From: Mobula hypostoma
Lineage: Eukaryota
Reading direction: 5' to 3'
NCBI RefSeq assembly: GCF_963921235.1
Contig: NC_086109.1
Coordinates: 310,001 to 374,000, forward strand
Length of the DNA: 64,000 nt
A model generated the notes under the pieces. It ran no database searches and was not told where the DNA came from. It was given only the letters and a program-made list of their open reading frames with translations. Position numbers and translations under genes: made by a program. Below, piece after piece: positions 35,655-48,100 of the stretch; the stretch's first letter is position 1, and each line of letters opens with the position of its first letter.

Positions 35655-38105
35655 TTTATAATTGTGCCCATTTCTACCACTTCCTCTGCCAGCTCGTTCA
35701 GATACCCCCTACCCTCTGTGTGGAAGAAGTTGCCCCTCAGGTCCCCTTTAAATCTTTCTCCTTTCACCTCTAGTTTTGAACGAAACCCCATATGTCCAGG
35801 AAAGATTCCTAACATCGGCAGACTGGAGGAGAGACCATATGGATCTGGTGTGACCAAAGGTGTCAATCCTCTCAGTGGGTCAGCATTTTGGAGACAGTGA
35901 CCACAATTCCCTGACCTTGGAGAGGGATTGGAGCATATTCTATGGCTAATTATTTAATTGGGAGAAGCTGAATTATAATGCCATTACATATGAACTAGAG
36001 AGCATAAGTTGGGAACAGATGTTCTCAGAGAAATACACAACAGAAATGTGGAGGTTGCTTAGGCAGCACTGGACAAGTTTGTCCCACTGAGGCAGGGAGA
36101 GGATGGTAGGGTGAAGGTACCATGGTTGACAAGAGATGTGGTTCATCCAGTCAAGAGGAGGCTTACTCAAGGTTTAGGAAGTAATGATTAGACAGGGCTC
36201 CAGAGAATTATAAGGTAGCCAGGAAGGAGCTGAAGAAGGGATTTAGAAGAGCTAGAAAAGGCCTTGGCAAGTAAGATTAAGGAAAACACCAATGCGTTCC
36301 ACACCAAATGTGAAGGATAGGAGAACAGCCAGAGTGACAGACGACCAATCAGGGATAAAAGAATCTTGCCTGGGGAGGTCCTTAACGAATACTTTGCATT
36401 AGTATTCACCAGTGAGAGGGATCTTGCTGTTTATGAGAACACTGTAAAACAAGCTGATGTGCTGGCACATGTTGATGTTAGGAAAGATGAGCTGGAACTT
36501 TTGAAAAGCATTAGGATAGCTAAGTGCCCGGGCCTGGATGGGATATATTCAAATTATTATAGGAAATGAGGGGCGAGATCGCTGTGCCTTTGTGCCTTGG
36601 GCCTGTAATTCAGTGCAATTCAGAATGAGAGGGGATCTCGTTGAACCTATCAAATGCTGAAAGGCCTCAGTAGAGTTGATATGGAGAGAATGTTTCCTAT
36701 GGTGGGGAAGTCAAGGGCCAGAGGACACAGAATAGAGGGGCATCCTTTTAGAATGGAGATGAGGTGGAATTTCTTGAGACAGAAGGTGGTGAATCTGAGG
36801 AACTCGTTGCCACAGGCAGCAGTGGGGGCCAAGTTTTTATGTATATTTAAGCCAGAGGTTGATAGTTTCTTGATTGGTCAGGGTATGAAGGGATACAGGG
36901 AGAAGGCAGGAGATTGGGGCTGAGAGGAAAAATGGATCAACCATGATGAAATGGTGGAGCAGACTTGATGGGCCAAATGGCCGAATTCTGTTCCTATATC
37001 TTATGTTCTTATTAAAATTCATAAATGCCATATCATAAGGTGTTTGATAAGGTTCCCCATGGTAGGCTCATTCAGAAAGTCAGGAGGAAACTTGGCTGTG
37101 TGTGTACAGAATTGATTTGCCCGTAGAAAGCAGAGAGTGGTTGTAGACAGAGCATATTCTGCATGGGCTCAGTGACCAGTGGTGTTCCACAGGGATCTGT
37201 TCTGGGCCCCTGCTCTTTACAAACGTCTTGGATGAGGAAGTGGAAGGGAGAGTTAGTAAATTTGTGGATTGACATGTAAGTTGGTGGAGTTGTGGATGGT
37301 TGTTGTAGGTTGCAGTTGGGCATTGACTGGATTCAGAGCTGGGCTGTGAAGTGGCAGATAGAGAAGTGAAAACTATGAAGTGATTCACTTTGGAAAATGA
37401 AATTTGAAGGCAGAATATAGGGTTAGTGGCAGGATTCTTCATGGTGTGAAGGAACAGAGGGATCTTAGGGTCCACATCCATCCTTCAAAGTTGCTGCAGA
37501 AATTGATAGGGTTGTTAAGGAGGTGTATGCTGTGTTGGTCTTCATTAATTGGGGGACTGAGTTCAAGAGCTGTGGGTATGTCAGGAGATGGAGATGTCAG
37601 GGGTAAGTTTTTTACGCAGAGAGTGGTGAGTTCGTGGAATGGGCTGCTGGCGACGGTGGTGGAGGCGGATACGATAGGGTCTTTTAAGAGACTCCTTGAC
37701 AGGTACACGGAGCTCAGGTAATCTCTAAGGTAAGGGCATGTTCGGCACAGCTTTGTGGGCTAAAGGGCCTGTATTGTGCTGTAGGTTTTCTATGTTTCTC
37801 TGGTAATACTGCAGTTCTATAAAACCCTGATTAGATCACATTTGGAATATTGAGTACAGTTCTGGTCACCTCATAATAAGAAGTATGTTTCGAGAGGGTG
37901 CAGAGGAGATTTACCAGATTGCTGCCTGGACGAGACAGCATGTCTTATGAAGATAGGTTGAGCTCTTTTCTTTGGAGTGAAGGAGGATGCGAGGTGTGAA
38001 GATGATCTGAGGCATGGATAGCGTGAACAGCCAGAGGTCTTTTCATACAGCATAAACGGTTAATACAAGGGGACAGAATTTTAAGATGATCGGAGGAAAG
38101 TATGT
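35655..38105. mobile_element. Nested CR1 fragments (mostly +)
   Basis: GEVLNEYFALVFT, KCPGLDGI, VVNLRNSLPQ and GKFFTQRVVSSWN ORF pieces; a separate 3'-end piece ~37575-37798 interrupts an older copy. Confidence 0.85.
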
Positions 38106-38450
38106 TCTATATGTCAGTGATGATAGAACTGATTCTGAAATTTCATTGGTAGCTCCCTGCCTGCTCTGTCCCCTGTGGTCTGAAGGGGTTTTCTGCCATT
38201 TTACAAGTTGTTGTGCACTTTGGCATTGAGTTGTATTTTCTCAGAGGACAAGCGATCATTGGAACTTCCCTTCCAGCACATGGGAGCAGAGGCTTTGCTT
38301 GTTCCCAGGGCAGAGGGAGGAAGATTGGTGCTGTCCATATCAAAGACACAGGCAGATCAATCTGTACAATGTGAGATAAGATGGAGGAGCCAATTGCTCC
38401 CTGGCCCCCTCCCCCTCACCTCCCCCCAGGAGAGGAGCAATGGTACTCAC

Positions 38451-38574
38451 TTAGTGCCTCTCCTCCGAGCGAGCCGGCGAAGAAAGCAGCAGGTGACGGC
38501 AGCAATGATGGCGATGGAGACGGTCAGGGCAGTCACAACACCCACCACGGCAGGCAGCAGCAGTGTGTCCCAGG
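38451..38574 (-). CDS. IGSF8: IGSF8/EWI-2-like transmembrane and short cytoplasmic-tail exon
   Basis: Acceptor ctgcAG|CC; (P)WDTLLLPAVVGVVTALTVSIAIIAAVTCCFLRRLARRRGTK resembles the IGSF8 C-terminus as I recall it (DTLFVPLLVG...TCCFMKRLRKR); donor GTGAGT at 38450-38445, or read-through stop TGA at 38449-38447. Confidence 0.88.
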
Positions 38575-38839
38575 CTGCAGAGTGAGGAAGGGGGGGAGTG
38601 AGACTGCAGTTCCTATGGGGGAATATAGCACACACCGCCCCTCCCCACCCGTGGGGGAGTCCAGCTCCCAGAATGGCGAGACACACTGCCCCTCCCTACC
38701 CGTGGGGCAAGCAGCATCACACCACAACAATGGGACCCTAAAAGCAACAGGAACCTTCACCCTCACCAAAGAGCACAGAGGAAGGAGGAGTTTACACTGA
38801 CAGGGGAGTTTAGAACCCTGATGGGGTTACAGAGGAGAG

Positions 38840-39175
38840 AAGGCAGTCAGAGGGAGAGGGAGGGGAGGAGTTTGTGAAGGCAGTCAGAGGGAGGGGAGGG
38901 GTGGGGGCACCAGAGGGAGAGGGAGGGAAGGGGGCAGCCTGAGGGAGAGGGAGAGGTGGGGGAGAGGGAGGGTGGGCGTGGGGGCACCAAAGGGAGTGGG
39001 AGGGGTGGGAGAGGGGGCACCAGAGGGAGGGGGAGAGGAGGGGGCAGCCTGAGGGAGAGGCAGGGTGGACATGGGGGTACCAGAGGGAGAGGTGGGGGAG
39101 AAGGAGGGGAGGGGGAGAGGGGGCGAGGGGGCACCAGAGGGAGAGGGAGAGAAGGGAAATGGAGGGCCAGAGGGA
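38840..39175 (+). repeat. G/purine-rich intronic repeat (gggggcaccagagggag)
   Basis: Repeated motif with many G-runs. Confidence 0.7.
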
Positions 39176-39376
39176 AACACAGTGAGAGGGAGATAAATAG
39201 AGACAAAAACAGTGAAATTGTGAGAACAAGAGAGGCAAAGAGGGAAGGGGGCATTGGGATGGATGTGAGAGGAGGAGGAGACTGAGCTGTGGATATAGAG
39301 GGTGGGGAAGGTGAAAGAGGCAGAGAGACCGTCCGTCCTGCCCTGCCCTGTTCCCCCCCCACCCCCGAGTACTTAC

Positions 39377-39772
39377 GGGTAAGGTACAGGAAGAGGGTGG
39401 TGGGGGGAGAGCTGGCCTCGGATGATTGGTACCAGCGCCCAGCCTCGTTCTGTGTCCACAGTCCCACCCGGCAATGGAAATGGCCCTGGTCCTCCCTGTG
39501 GGCGCCATACAAACGCAGACGGAAGCAGAACTCGGTGGGCCGGTCCATACCCAGCTCAGTGCCTGCCGCACTCCTACCGCCCAGGGGGGTGTTCAGGCTT
39601 ATCCCCCGCCGGTCCAGCAGCACCAAAGGCTCCTCTGTCGGACCCCACCAGCCCACCGAGAGCTGCCCGTCCCCCAGCGGCCGGCCCAGGCTGACGTTAC
39701 ACAGCAGCGTCACCACGTCACCCTGGTACAATGAACCAGGCACCACAGAGGCAGCAGCGTGCATGGCCACAT
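39377..39772 (-). CDS. IGSF8: IGSF8/EWI-2-like membrane-proximal Ig V-type domain exon
   Basis: cttcccAG|AT ... C|GTAAGT, 396 bp, phase 1-1; LYQGDVVTLLCNVS, VGWW, FRLRL, EDQGHFHC and WTQNEAGRWYQ match EWI-family domain 4. Confidence 0.92.
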
Positions 39773-39834
39773 CTGGGAAGGGTGGGGTGGGGGTGAGAGG
39801 GTGGAGAGAGACGGGTGGGGTTAGTGCAGGGAAC

Positions 39835-40250
39835 AAGGGAGAGAGGGGAGAGAGGGTAGAGGGAATAAGGGAGAGAGGGAGAGAGAGGGTGTGAGGAAAA
39901 AGGGACGGGGGGAGAGATGGTAGAGGAAATAAGGGAGAGGAGGAGAGAGGGTAGAGGGAATAAGGGACAGGGAGGAGAGAGGGTACAGGGAATAAGGGAG
40001 AGCGGGAGAGAGAGGGTAGAGGGAATAAGGGAGAGTGGGGAGAGAGGGTAGAGGGAATAAGGGAGGGGGAGAGAGGGTAGAGGGAATAAGGGAGAGAGGG
40101 TAGAGGGAATAAGGGAGAGAGGGTACAGGGAATAATGGAGAGAGGGAGAGAGAGGGTAGAGGGAATAAGGGAGAGTGGGGAGAGAGGGTAGAGGGAATAA
40201 GGGAGGGAGGGTACAGGGAATAAGGGAGTGAGTTCAGGGAAGGGGGGGGA
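39835..40250 (+). repeat. Polypurine minisatellite (gagagggtagagggaataaggga)
   Basis: About 12 variable copies. Confidence 0.9.
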
Positions 40251-40709
40251 AGAAAATCAAACATTAGGTGTGACAGTATTGACTATTTAACCCCCTGCCC
40301 AATCTTACCCCACTCTTCTCTCACTGCCACATGCTGTGACAGCCATTGTGACTAGGCAGTAGATGTTAGTGAGGACCAAGTGAGCGATATGGCCAGTTTC
40401 CTCTCTGTGATGATTAAATATTTTCTCGATCTGCTGAGAAACATCTTGCTGAACCCGGGTTTCCCCTCTTGCCTTTCTGATCTACTGACTGGACAGAATG
40501 GACAGTCTGGGACAGTTTTCCCTGGAGCGTAGGCGGCTGAAAGGTGACATTGTAAGGCTTAGAAAATCATGAGTGGTGCAGTCTTCATCCCGAAGGAAGG
40601 GAGTTCAAAATGAAGGAGAGTCGGGAAAGATTTAAAGAGGACCTGAGGGCTAGGCTTTCCATACAGAGGGCGGTGGGTGTGTGGAACGACCTGCCAGGTG
40701 AAGAGGTAA

Positions 40710-41000
40710 AGATAAAGATTAGCTTTATTTGTCACAGGTACATCAAAACATTGAGTGAAATGTGTTGTGGGTGTCAAATCAAATCAGTGAGGATTGTGCG
40801 GGGCAGCCCACAAGCATCCTAATGCTTTCAACGACAACATGATGCACACAATTTACTAACCTTAACCTTGGAACCCAGAGGAATCTCACGCCGTCACGGG
40901 GCGAGTTTACAAACTCCTGACGGACAGTGGTGGGAATTGACCCTCATACGTGAAACCTGCAGCAACAATGCATTGCACTAACTGCGACACTACCATGTCA
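40710..41000 (-). mobile_element. tRNA-derived SINE (V-SINE-like), degenerate
   Basis: Reverse strand shows a tRNA-like head with ggtcaattccc B-box-like motif, core ggagtttgtaaactcgccccgtgac, and tail aataaagctaatcttt; inserted in a CR1 3' fragment (40520-40710). Confidence 0.6.
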
Positions 41001-41259
41001 ACAATTAAATGTAAAAAGACACTTGGTCAGGGACACATACAGGAACAGCGAAGAGGGATATGGATTAAACACACACAAATAGGACGAGCTCAGAGTGGCG
41101 CCTTGGTCAACATGGATGAATTGGCCTGTACGGCTTTCCCTGAATCTCTGCTCTCACCCCCTCGCCTGCACAGAGCAAGGAATTGCAACACCATTCCCTT
41201 CCTTCCAGCCAGGACCCAACAGTCCTGTCAAACTGAGCAGTGACTTGCTTCACGTAGGA

Positions 41260-41890
41260 CCATTAGATATCAGAACAGAAATAGGCCATTTGGCCATTCA
41301 CATCTGCTAGTCAATTATGGCTGTTATTTTTCCTGCCTTCTGCCTGTAACCGTTAACCCCCTAATACCCTCAAAAACATACACTGGCTCAGACCCGAAAG
41401 CCCTTTGTGGCAACACTTTTCACACTCACTACCCTCGAGCTGGAGAAATTCCTCAGCATCTCAGTTTTAAAGGGATTTCTCTTTATTCTAGTAACAGACC
41501 GATGGATGAATCCTCTCGATATTCACTCTATCCTGGCCTTTCAGTATTCGGTAGGTTTCGGAGAGAATCCCAAACCTACCTCCCCGCTCCAATGTTCCTG
41601 AACTCCATTGAGTACAGGACAAGAGACATCAAACGCTCCTCAAACGTCAAGCTTTACAGATGTAGATCCATTCATCCTATCTATACCCCTCATAATTTTG
41701 TGAACCTCTATAAGATTTCCCTGGGATCATGCTTGCAAACCTCCATAGGACTATCTCCAGGGCCAGCTCATTGCTCTTAGATAAAGACCCCCAAACTGTC
41801 ATAATATTCCAGAAGTGGGTTGACCAGTCAGTGGCATAAAGGCTCAGCAGTACATCCTTGCTTTCAAGTTCCAGTTCTCTTGAACTAAGT
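41260..41890 (-). mobile_element. Degenerate CR1 3' fragments
   Basis: Reverse-strand CR1 3'UTR (agaacagaaataggccatttggcc) and LVKPLLEY-like remnants. Confidence 0.65.
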
Positions 41891-42111
41891 TGCCCTCCTT
41901 CCAGCCCAGTAAAGAGTGCTGGGTGCTCACACTGAAGTCTCCTCTAAACTGTAGAAGCCAGGCACAGACTGGGGAAGAGTAACTCTCAGCTCCCTCCACA
42001 ACAATGACCCCGAGGTTCCTGCTGCTACCCTTTAATTCCCAATCCCACTCCCTGCACTCCCACCTTCCTGTCTGTAACTACCCGCATAGAAAAAAGTACT
42101 CTCTACACTAC

Positions 42112-45100
42112 CCTGGGAGTGTGTTATGGGACAGTGTAAAGGGAGTTTCACTCTGTGTCTGACCCGTGTCCTGGGAGTGTGTGATGGGAGAGTGTATAGG
42201 GAGTTTCACTCTGTGTCTGACCCGTGTCCTGCGAGTGTGTGATGGGAGAGTGTAGAGGGAGTTTCACTCTGTGTCTGACCCGTGTCCTGCGAGTGTGTGA
42301 TGGGAGAGTGTAGAGGGAACTTTACTCAGTGTCTGACCCGTGTCCTGGGAGTGTGTGATGGGACAATTTAGAGGGAACTTCACTCTGTATCTGACCTGTG
42401 TCCTGGGAGTGTGTGATGGGACAGTGTAGAGGGAGTGTGTGATGGGACAGCGTAGAGAGAGTGTGTGATGGACAGTGTAGAGGGAGTGTGTGATGGACAG
42501 TGTAGATGGAGTGTGTGACGGAACAGTGTAGAGGGAGTGTGTGACGGACAGTAGAGGGAGTGTGTGACGGAACAGTACAGAGGGAGTGTGTGATGGGAAG
42601 TGGATGGACAGTGCAGAGGAAGTGTGTGATGGGACAGTGCAGAGGGAGTGTGTGATGGGACGGTGTAGAGGGAGTGTGTGATGGGACGGTGTAGAGGGAG
42701 TACGTGATGGGACAGTGTAGAGGGAGTGTGTGTTGGACAGTGTAGAGGGAGTGTGTGATGGGACGGTGTAGAGGGAGTGTGTGATGGGACAGGTAGAGGG
42801 AGTGTGTGATGGATCTGTGTAGGGGGAGTGTGCGATGGACAGTGCAGAGGGAGTGTGTGATGGGACAGTGTAGAGGGAGTGTGTGATGGACAGTGTAGAG
42901 GGAGTGTGTGGTAGGACAGTGTAGAGGGAGTGTGTGATGGTACAGTGTAGAGGGAGTGTGTGATGGGACAGTGCAGAGGGAGTTTCACTCTGTGTCTGAC
43001 CCGTGTCCTGGGAGTGTGTAATGGGACAGTGTAGAGGGAGTGTGTGGTAGGACAGTGTAGAGGGAGTGTGTGATGGTACAGTGTAGAGGGAGTGTGTGAT
43101 GGGACAGTATAGAGGGAGTTTCACTCTGTGTCTGACCCGTGTCCTGGGAGTGTGTGATGGGACAGTTTAGAGGGAGCATGTGAAGGGACAGTGTAGAGGG
43201 AGTGTGTGATGGGACAGTGTAGAGGGAGTTTCACTCTGTGTCTCACCTGTGTCCTGAGAGTGTGTGATGGGACAGTGTAGAGGAAGTTTCACTCTGTGTC
43301 TGACCTGAGTCCTGGGACTGTGTGATGGGACAGTGGAGAGTGAGTTTGTGATGGGACAGTGTAGGGGGTGTGCGTAATGGGATAGTTTAGAGGGAGTGTG
43401 TGATGGGACAGTGTAGAGGGAACTTCACTCTGTGTCTGACCCGTGTCCTGGGAGTGTGTGATGGGACAGTGTAGAGGGAGTGTGTGTTGGACAGTGTAGA
43501 GGGAGTATGTGATGGTACAGTGTAGAGGGAGTGTGTGATGGGACAGTGTAGGGGGAGTGTGTGATGGGATAGTTTAGAGGGAGTGTGTGATGGGACAGGG
43601 TAGAGGGAACTTCACTCTGTGTCTGACCCGTGTCCTGGGAGTGTGTGATGGGATAGTGCAGAGGGAGCTTCAATCTGTGTTTGACCCGTGTCCTGGGAGT
43701 GTGTGATGGGACAGTGCAGGGGCAGTGTGTGATGGACAGTGTAGAGGGAGTTTGTGATGGAAAGTGTAGATATAGTGTGTGATGGGACAGTGCAGAAGGA
43801 GAGTGTGATGGATCTGTGTAGGGGGAGTGTGCGATGGACAGTGTAGAGGGAGTGTGTGATGGACAGTGTAGAGGGAGTGTGTGGTAGGACAGTGTAGAGG
43901 GAGTGTGTGATGGTACAGTGTAGAGGGAGTGTGTGATGGGACAGTGTAGAAGGAGCGTGTGATGGGACAGTGTAGAGGGAGTGTGTGATGGGACAGTGTA
44001 GACGGAGTTTCACTCTGTGTCTCACCTGTGTCCTGAGAGTGTGTGATGGGACAGTGTAGAGGGAGTTTCACTCTGTGTCTGACCTGTGTCCTGGGAGTGT
44101 ATGATGGGACAGTGGAGAGTGAGATTGTGATGGGACAGTGTAGGGGGTGTGTGTAATGGGATAGTTTAGAGGGAGTGTGTGATGGGATAGTGTAGAGGGA
44201 GTTTCACTCTGTGTCTGACCCGTGTCCTGGGAGTGTGTGATGGGACAGTGTAGAGGGAGTCTGTGTTGGACAGTGTAGAGGGAGTATGTGATGGGACAGT
44301 GTAGAGGGAGTGTGTGATGGGACAGTGTAGGGGGAGTGTGTGATGGGACAGTTTAGAGGGAGTGTGTGATGGGACAGTGTAGGGGGAGTGTGTGATGGGA
44401 CAGTTTAGAGGGAGTGTGTGATGGGACAGGGTAGAGGGAACTTCACTCTGTGTCTGACCCGTGTCCTGGGAATGTGTGATGGGACAGTGTAGAGGGAGCT
44501 TCACTCTGTATCTGACCCGTGTCCTGGGAGTGTGTGATGGGACAGTGTTGAGGGAGCTTAAATCTGTATCTGACCCGTGTCCTGGGAGTGTGTGATGGGA
44601 CAGTGTTGAGGGAGCTTCAATCTGTGTCTGACCCGTGTCCTGGGAGTGTGTGATGGGACAGTGTAGAGGCAGATTCACTCTGTGTCTGATCAGTGTTCTG
44701 GGAGTGTGTGATCGGACAGTGTGGAGGGAGTTTCACTCTGTGTCTGACCAGTGTCCTGGGATGTGTGAGATGGGACAGTGTAGAGGGAGTTTCACTCTGT
44801 GTCTGACCCGTGTCCTGGGAGTGTGTGATGAAACAGTGTAGAGGGAGTGTGTGATGGACAGTGTAGAGGGAGTGTGTGATGGACAGTGTAGATATAGTGT
44901 GTGATGGGACAGTGTAGACGGAGAGTGTGATGGACAGTGTAGGAGGAATGTGTGATGGGACAGTGTAGAGGGAGTGTGTGATGGACACTGCAGAGGGAGT
45001 GTGTGATGGGACAGTGTAGAGAGAGCGTGTGATGGGACAGTGCAGGGGGAGTGTGTGATGGGACGGTGTGGAGGGAGTGTGTGATGGGACAGTGCAGAGG

Positions 45101-48100
45101 GAGTTTGTGATGGTTCTGTGTAGGGGGAGTGTGCGATGGACAGTGTAGAGGGAGTGTGTGATGGACAGTGTAGAGGGAGTGTGTGGTGGGACAGTGTAGA
45201 GGGAGTGTGTGATGGGACAGTGTAGGGGGAGAGTATGATGGGACAGTGTAGAGGGAGTTTTACTCTGTGCCTGACCCGTGTCCAGGGAGTGTGTGATGGG
45301 ACAGCGCAGAGTGAGTTTCACTCTGCGTCTGACCCGTGTCCTGGGAGTGTCTGATGGGACAGTCCAGAGGGAGTGTCTGATGGGACAGTGTAAAGGGAGT
45401 TTCACTCTGTGTCTCACCTGTGTCCTGAGAGTGTGTGATGGGACAGTGTAGAGGGAGTTTCACTCTGTGTCTGACCTGTGTCCTGGGAGTGCGTGATGGG
45501 ACAGTGTAGAGGGAACTTCAATCTGTGTCTGACCCGTGTCCTGGGAGTGTGTGATGGGAGAGTGTAGAGGGAGTGTGTGATGGGACAGTGTAGAGGGAGT
45601 TTCACTCTGTGTCTGACCCGTGTCCTGGGAGTGTGTGATGGGACAATGTAGAGGGAGCGTGTGATGGGACCGTGTAGAGGGAGTGTGTGGTAGGACAGTG
45701 TAGAGGGAGTGTGTGATGATACAGTGTAGAGGGAGTGTGTGATGGGACAGTATAGAGGGAGTTTCACTCTGTGTCTGACCCGTGTCCTGGGAGTGTGTGA
45801 TGGGACAGTTTAGAGGGAGCATGTGAAGGGACAGTGTAGAGGGAGTGTGTGATGGGACAGTGTAGAGGGAGTTTCACTCTGTGTCTCACCTGTGTCCTGA
45901 GAGTGTGTGATGGGACAGTGTAGAGGAAGTTTCACTCTGTGTCTGACCTGAGTCCTGGGACTGTGTGATGGGACAGTGGAGAGTGAGTTTGTGATGGGAC
46001 AGTGTAGGGGGTGTGCGTAATGGGATAGTTTAGAGGGACTGTGTGATGGGACAGTGTAGAGAGAACTTCACTCTGTGTCTGACCCGTGTCCTGGGAGTGA
46101 GTGATGGGACAGTGTAGAGGGAGTGTGTGTTGGACAGTGTAGAGGGAGTATGTGATGGTACAGTGTAGAGGGAGTGTGTGATGGGACAGTGTAGGGGGAG
46201 TGTGTGATGGGATAGTTTAGAGGGAGTGTGTGATGGGACAGGGTAGAGGGAACTTCACTCTGTGTCTGACCCGTGTCCTGGGAGTGTGTGATGGGATAGT
46301 GCAGAGGGAGCTTCAATCTGTGTTTGACCCGTGTCCTGGGAGTGTGTGATGGGACAGTGTAGAGGGAGTTTGTGATGGACAGTGTAGATATAGTGTGTGA
46401 TGGGACAGTGCAGAAGGAGAGTGTGATGGATCTGTGTAGGGGGAGTGTGTGATGGACAGTGTAGAGGGAGTGTGTGGTAGGACAGTGTAGAGGGAGTGTG
46501 TGATGGTACAGTGTAGAGGGAGTGTGTGATGGGACAGTGTAGAGGGAGCGTGTGATGGGACAGTGTAGAGGGAGTGTGTGATGGGACAGTGTAGACGGAG
46601 TTTCACTCTGTGTATCACCTGTGTCCTGAGAGTGTGTGATGGGACAGTGTAGAGGGAGTTTCACTCTGTGTCTGACCTGTGTCCTGGGAGTGTATGATGG
46701 GACAGTGGAGAGTGAGATTGTGATGGGATAGTGTAGGGGGTGTGTGTAATGGGATAGTTTAGAGGGAGTGTGTGATGGAATAGTGTAGAGGGAGTTTCAC
46801 TCTGTGTCTGACCCGTGTCCTGGGAGTGTGTGATGGGACAGTGTAGAGGGAGTCTGTGTTGGACAGTGTAGAGGGAGTATGTGATGGGACAGTGTAGAGG
46901 GAGTGTGTGATGGGACAGAGTAGGGGGAGTGTGTGATGGGACAGTTTAGAGGGAGTGTGTGATGGGACAGGGTAGAGGGAACTTCACTCTGTGTCTGACC
47001 CGCGTCCTGGGAGTGTGTGATGGGATAGTGTAGAGGGAGCTTCACTCTGTGTCTGACCCGTGTCCTGGGAGTGTGTGATGGGACAGTGTTGAGGGAGCTT
47101 CAATCTGTGTCTGACCCGTGTCCTGGGAGTTTGTGATGGGACAGGGTAGAGGGAACTTCACTCTGTGTCTGACCCGTGTCCTGGGAATGTGTGATGGGAC
47201 AGTGTAGAGGGAGCTTCACTCTGTATCTGACCCGTGTCCTGGGAGTGTGTGATGGGACAGTGTTGAGGGAGCTTAAATCTGTATCTGACCCGTGTCCTGG
47301 GAGTGTGTGATGGGACAGTGTTGAGGGAGCTTCAATCTGTGTCTGACCCGTGTCCTGGGAGTGTGTGATGGGATAGTGTAGAGGCAGATTCACTCTGTGT
47401 CTGATCAGTGTTCTGGGAGTGTGTGATCGGACAGTGTGGAGGGAGTTTCACTCTGTGTCTGACCAGTGTCCTGGGAGTGTGTGATGGGACAGTGTAGAGG
47501 GAGTTTCACTCTGTGTCTGACCCGTGTCCTGGGAGTGTGTGATGAAACAGTGTAGAGGGAGTGTGTGATGGACAGTGTAGAGGGAGTGTGTGATGGACAG
47601 TGTAGATATAGTGTGTGATGGGACAGTGTAGACGGAGAGTGTGATGGACAGTGTAGGAGGAATGTGTGATGGGACAGTGCAGAGGGAGTGTGTGATGGAC
47701 ACTGCAGAGGGAGTGTGTGATGGGACAGTGTAGAGAGAGTGTGTGATGGGACAGTGCAGGGGGAGTGTGTGATGGGACAGTGTAGAGGGAATGTGCGATG
47801 GGACAGTGCAGAGGGAGTGTGTGTTTGACAGTGTAGAGGGAGTGTGTGATGGGACAGTGTAGAGGGAGATTTACTCTGTGTCTGACCCGTGTCCTGGGAG
47901 TGTGTGATGGGACAGTGGAGAGGGGGTTTGTGCTGGGACAGTGCAGAGGGAGTTTGTGATGGGACAGTGTACAGGGAATGTGTGATGGCCAGTGTAGCGG
48001 GAGTGTGTGATGGGACAGTGTAGAGGGAGATTCACTCTGTGTCTGACCCGTGTCCTGGGAGTGTGTGATGGGACAGTGGAGCGGGAGTTTGTGCTGGGAC

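Noticed and set aside
38847..39376. Pro/Leu-rich extension of the 329-aa ORF
   Set aside because: Read-through past the GTAAGT donor into a low-complexity intron.
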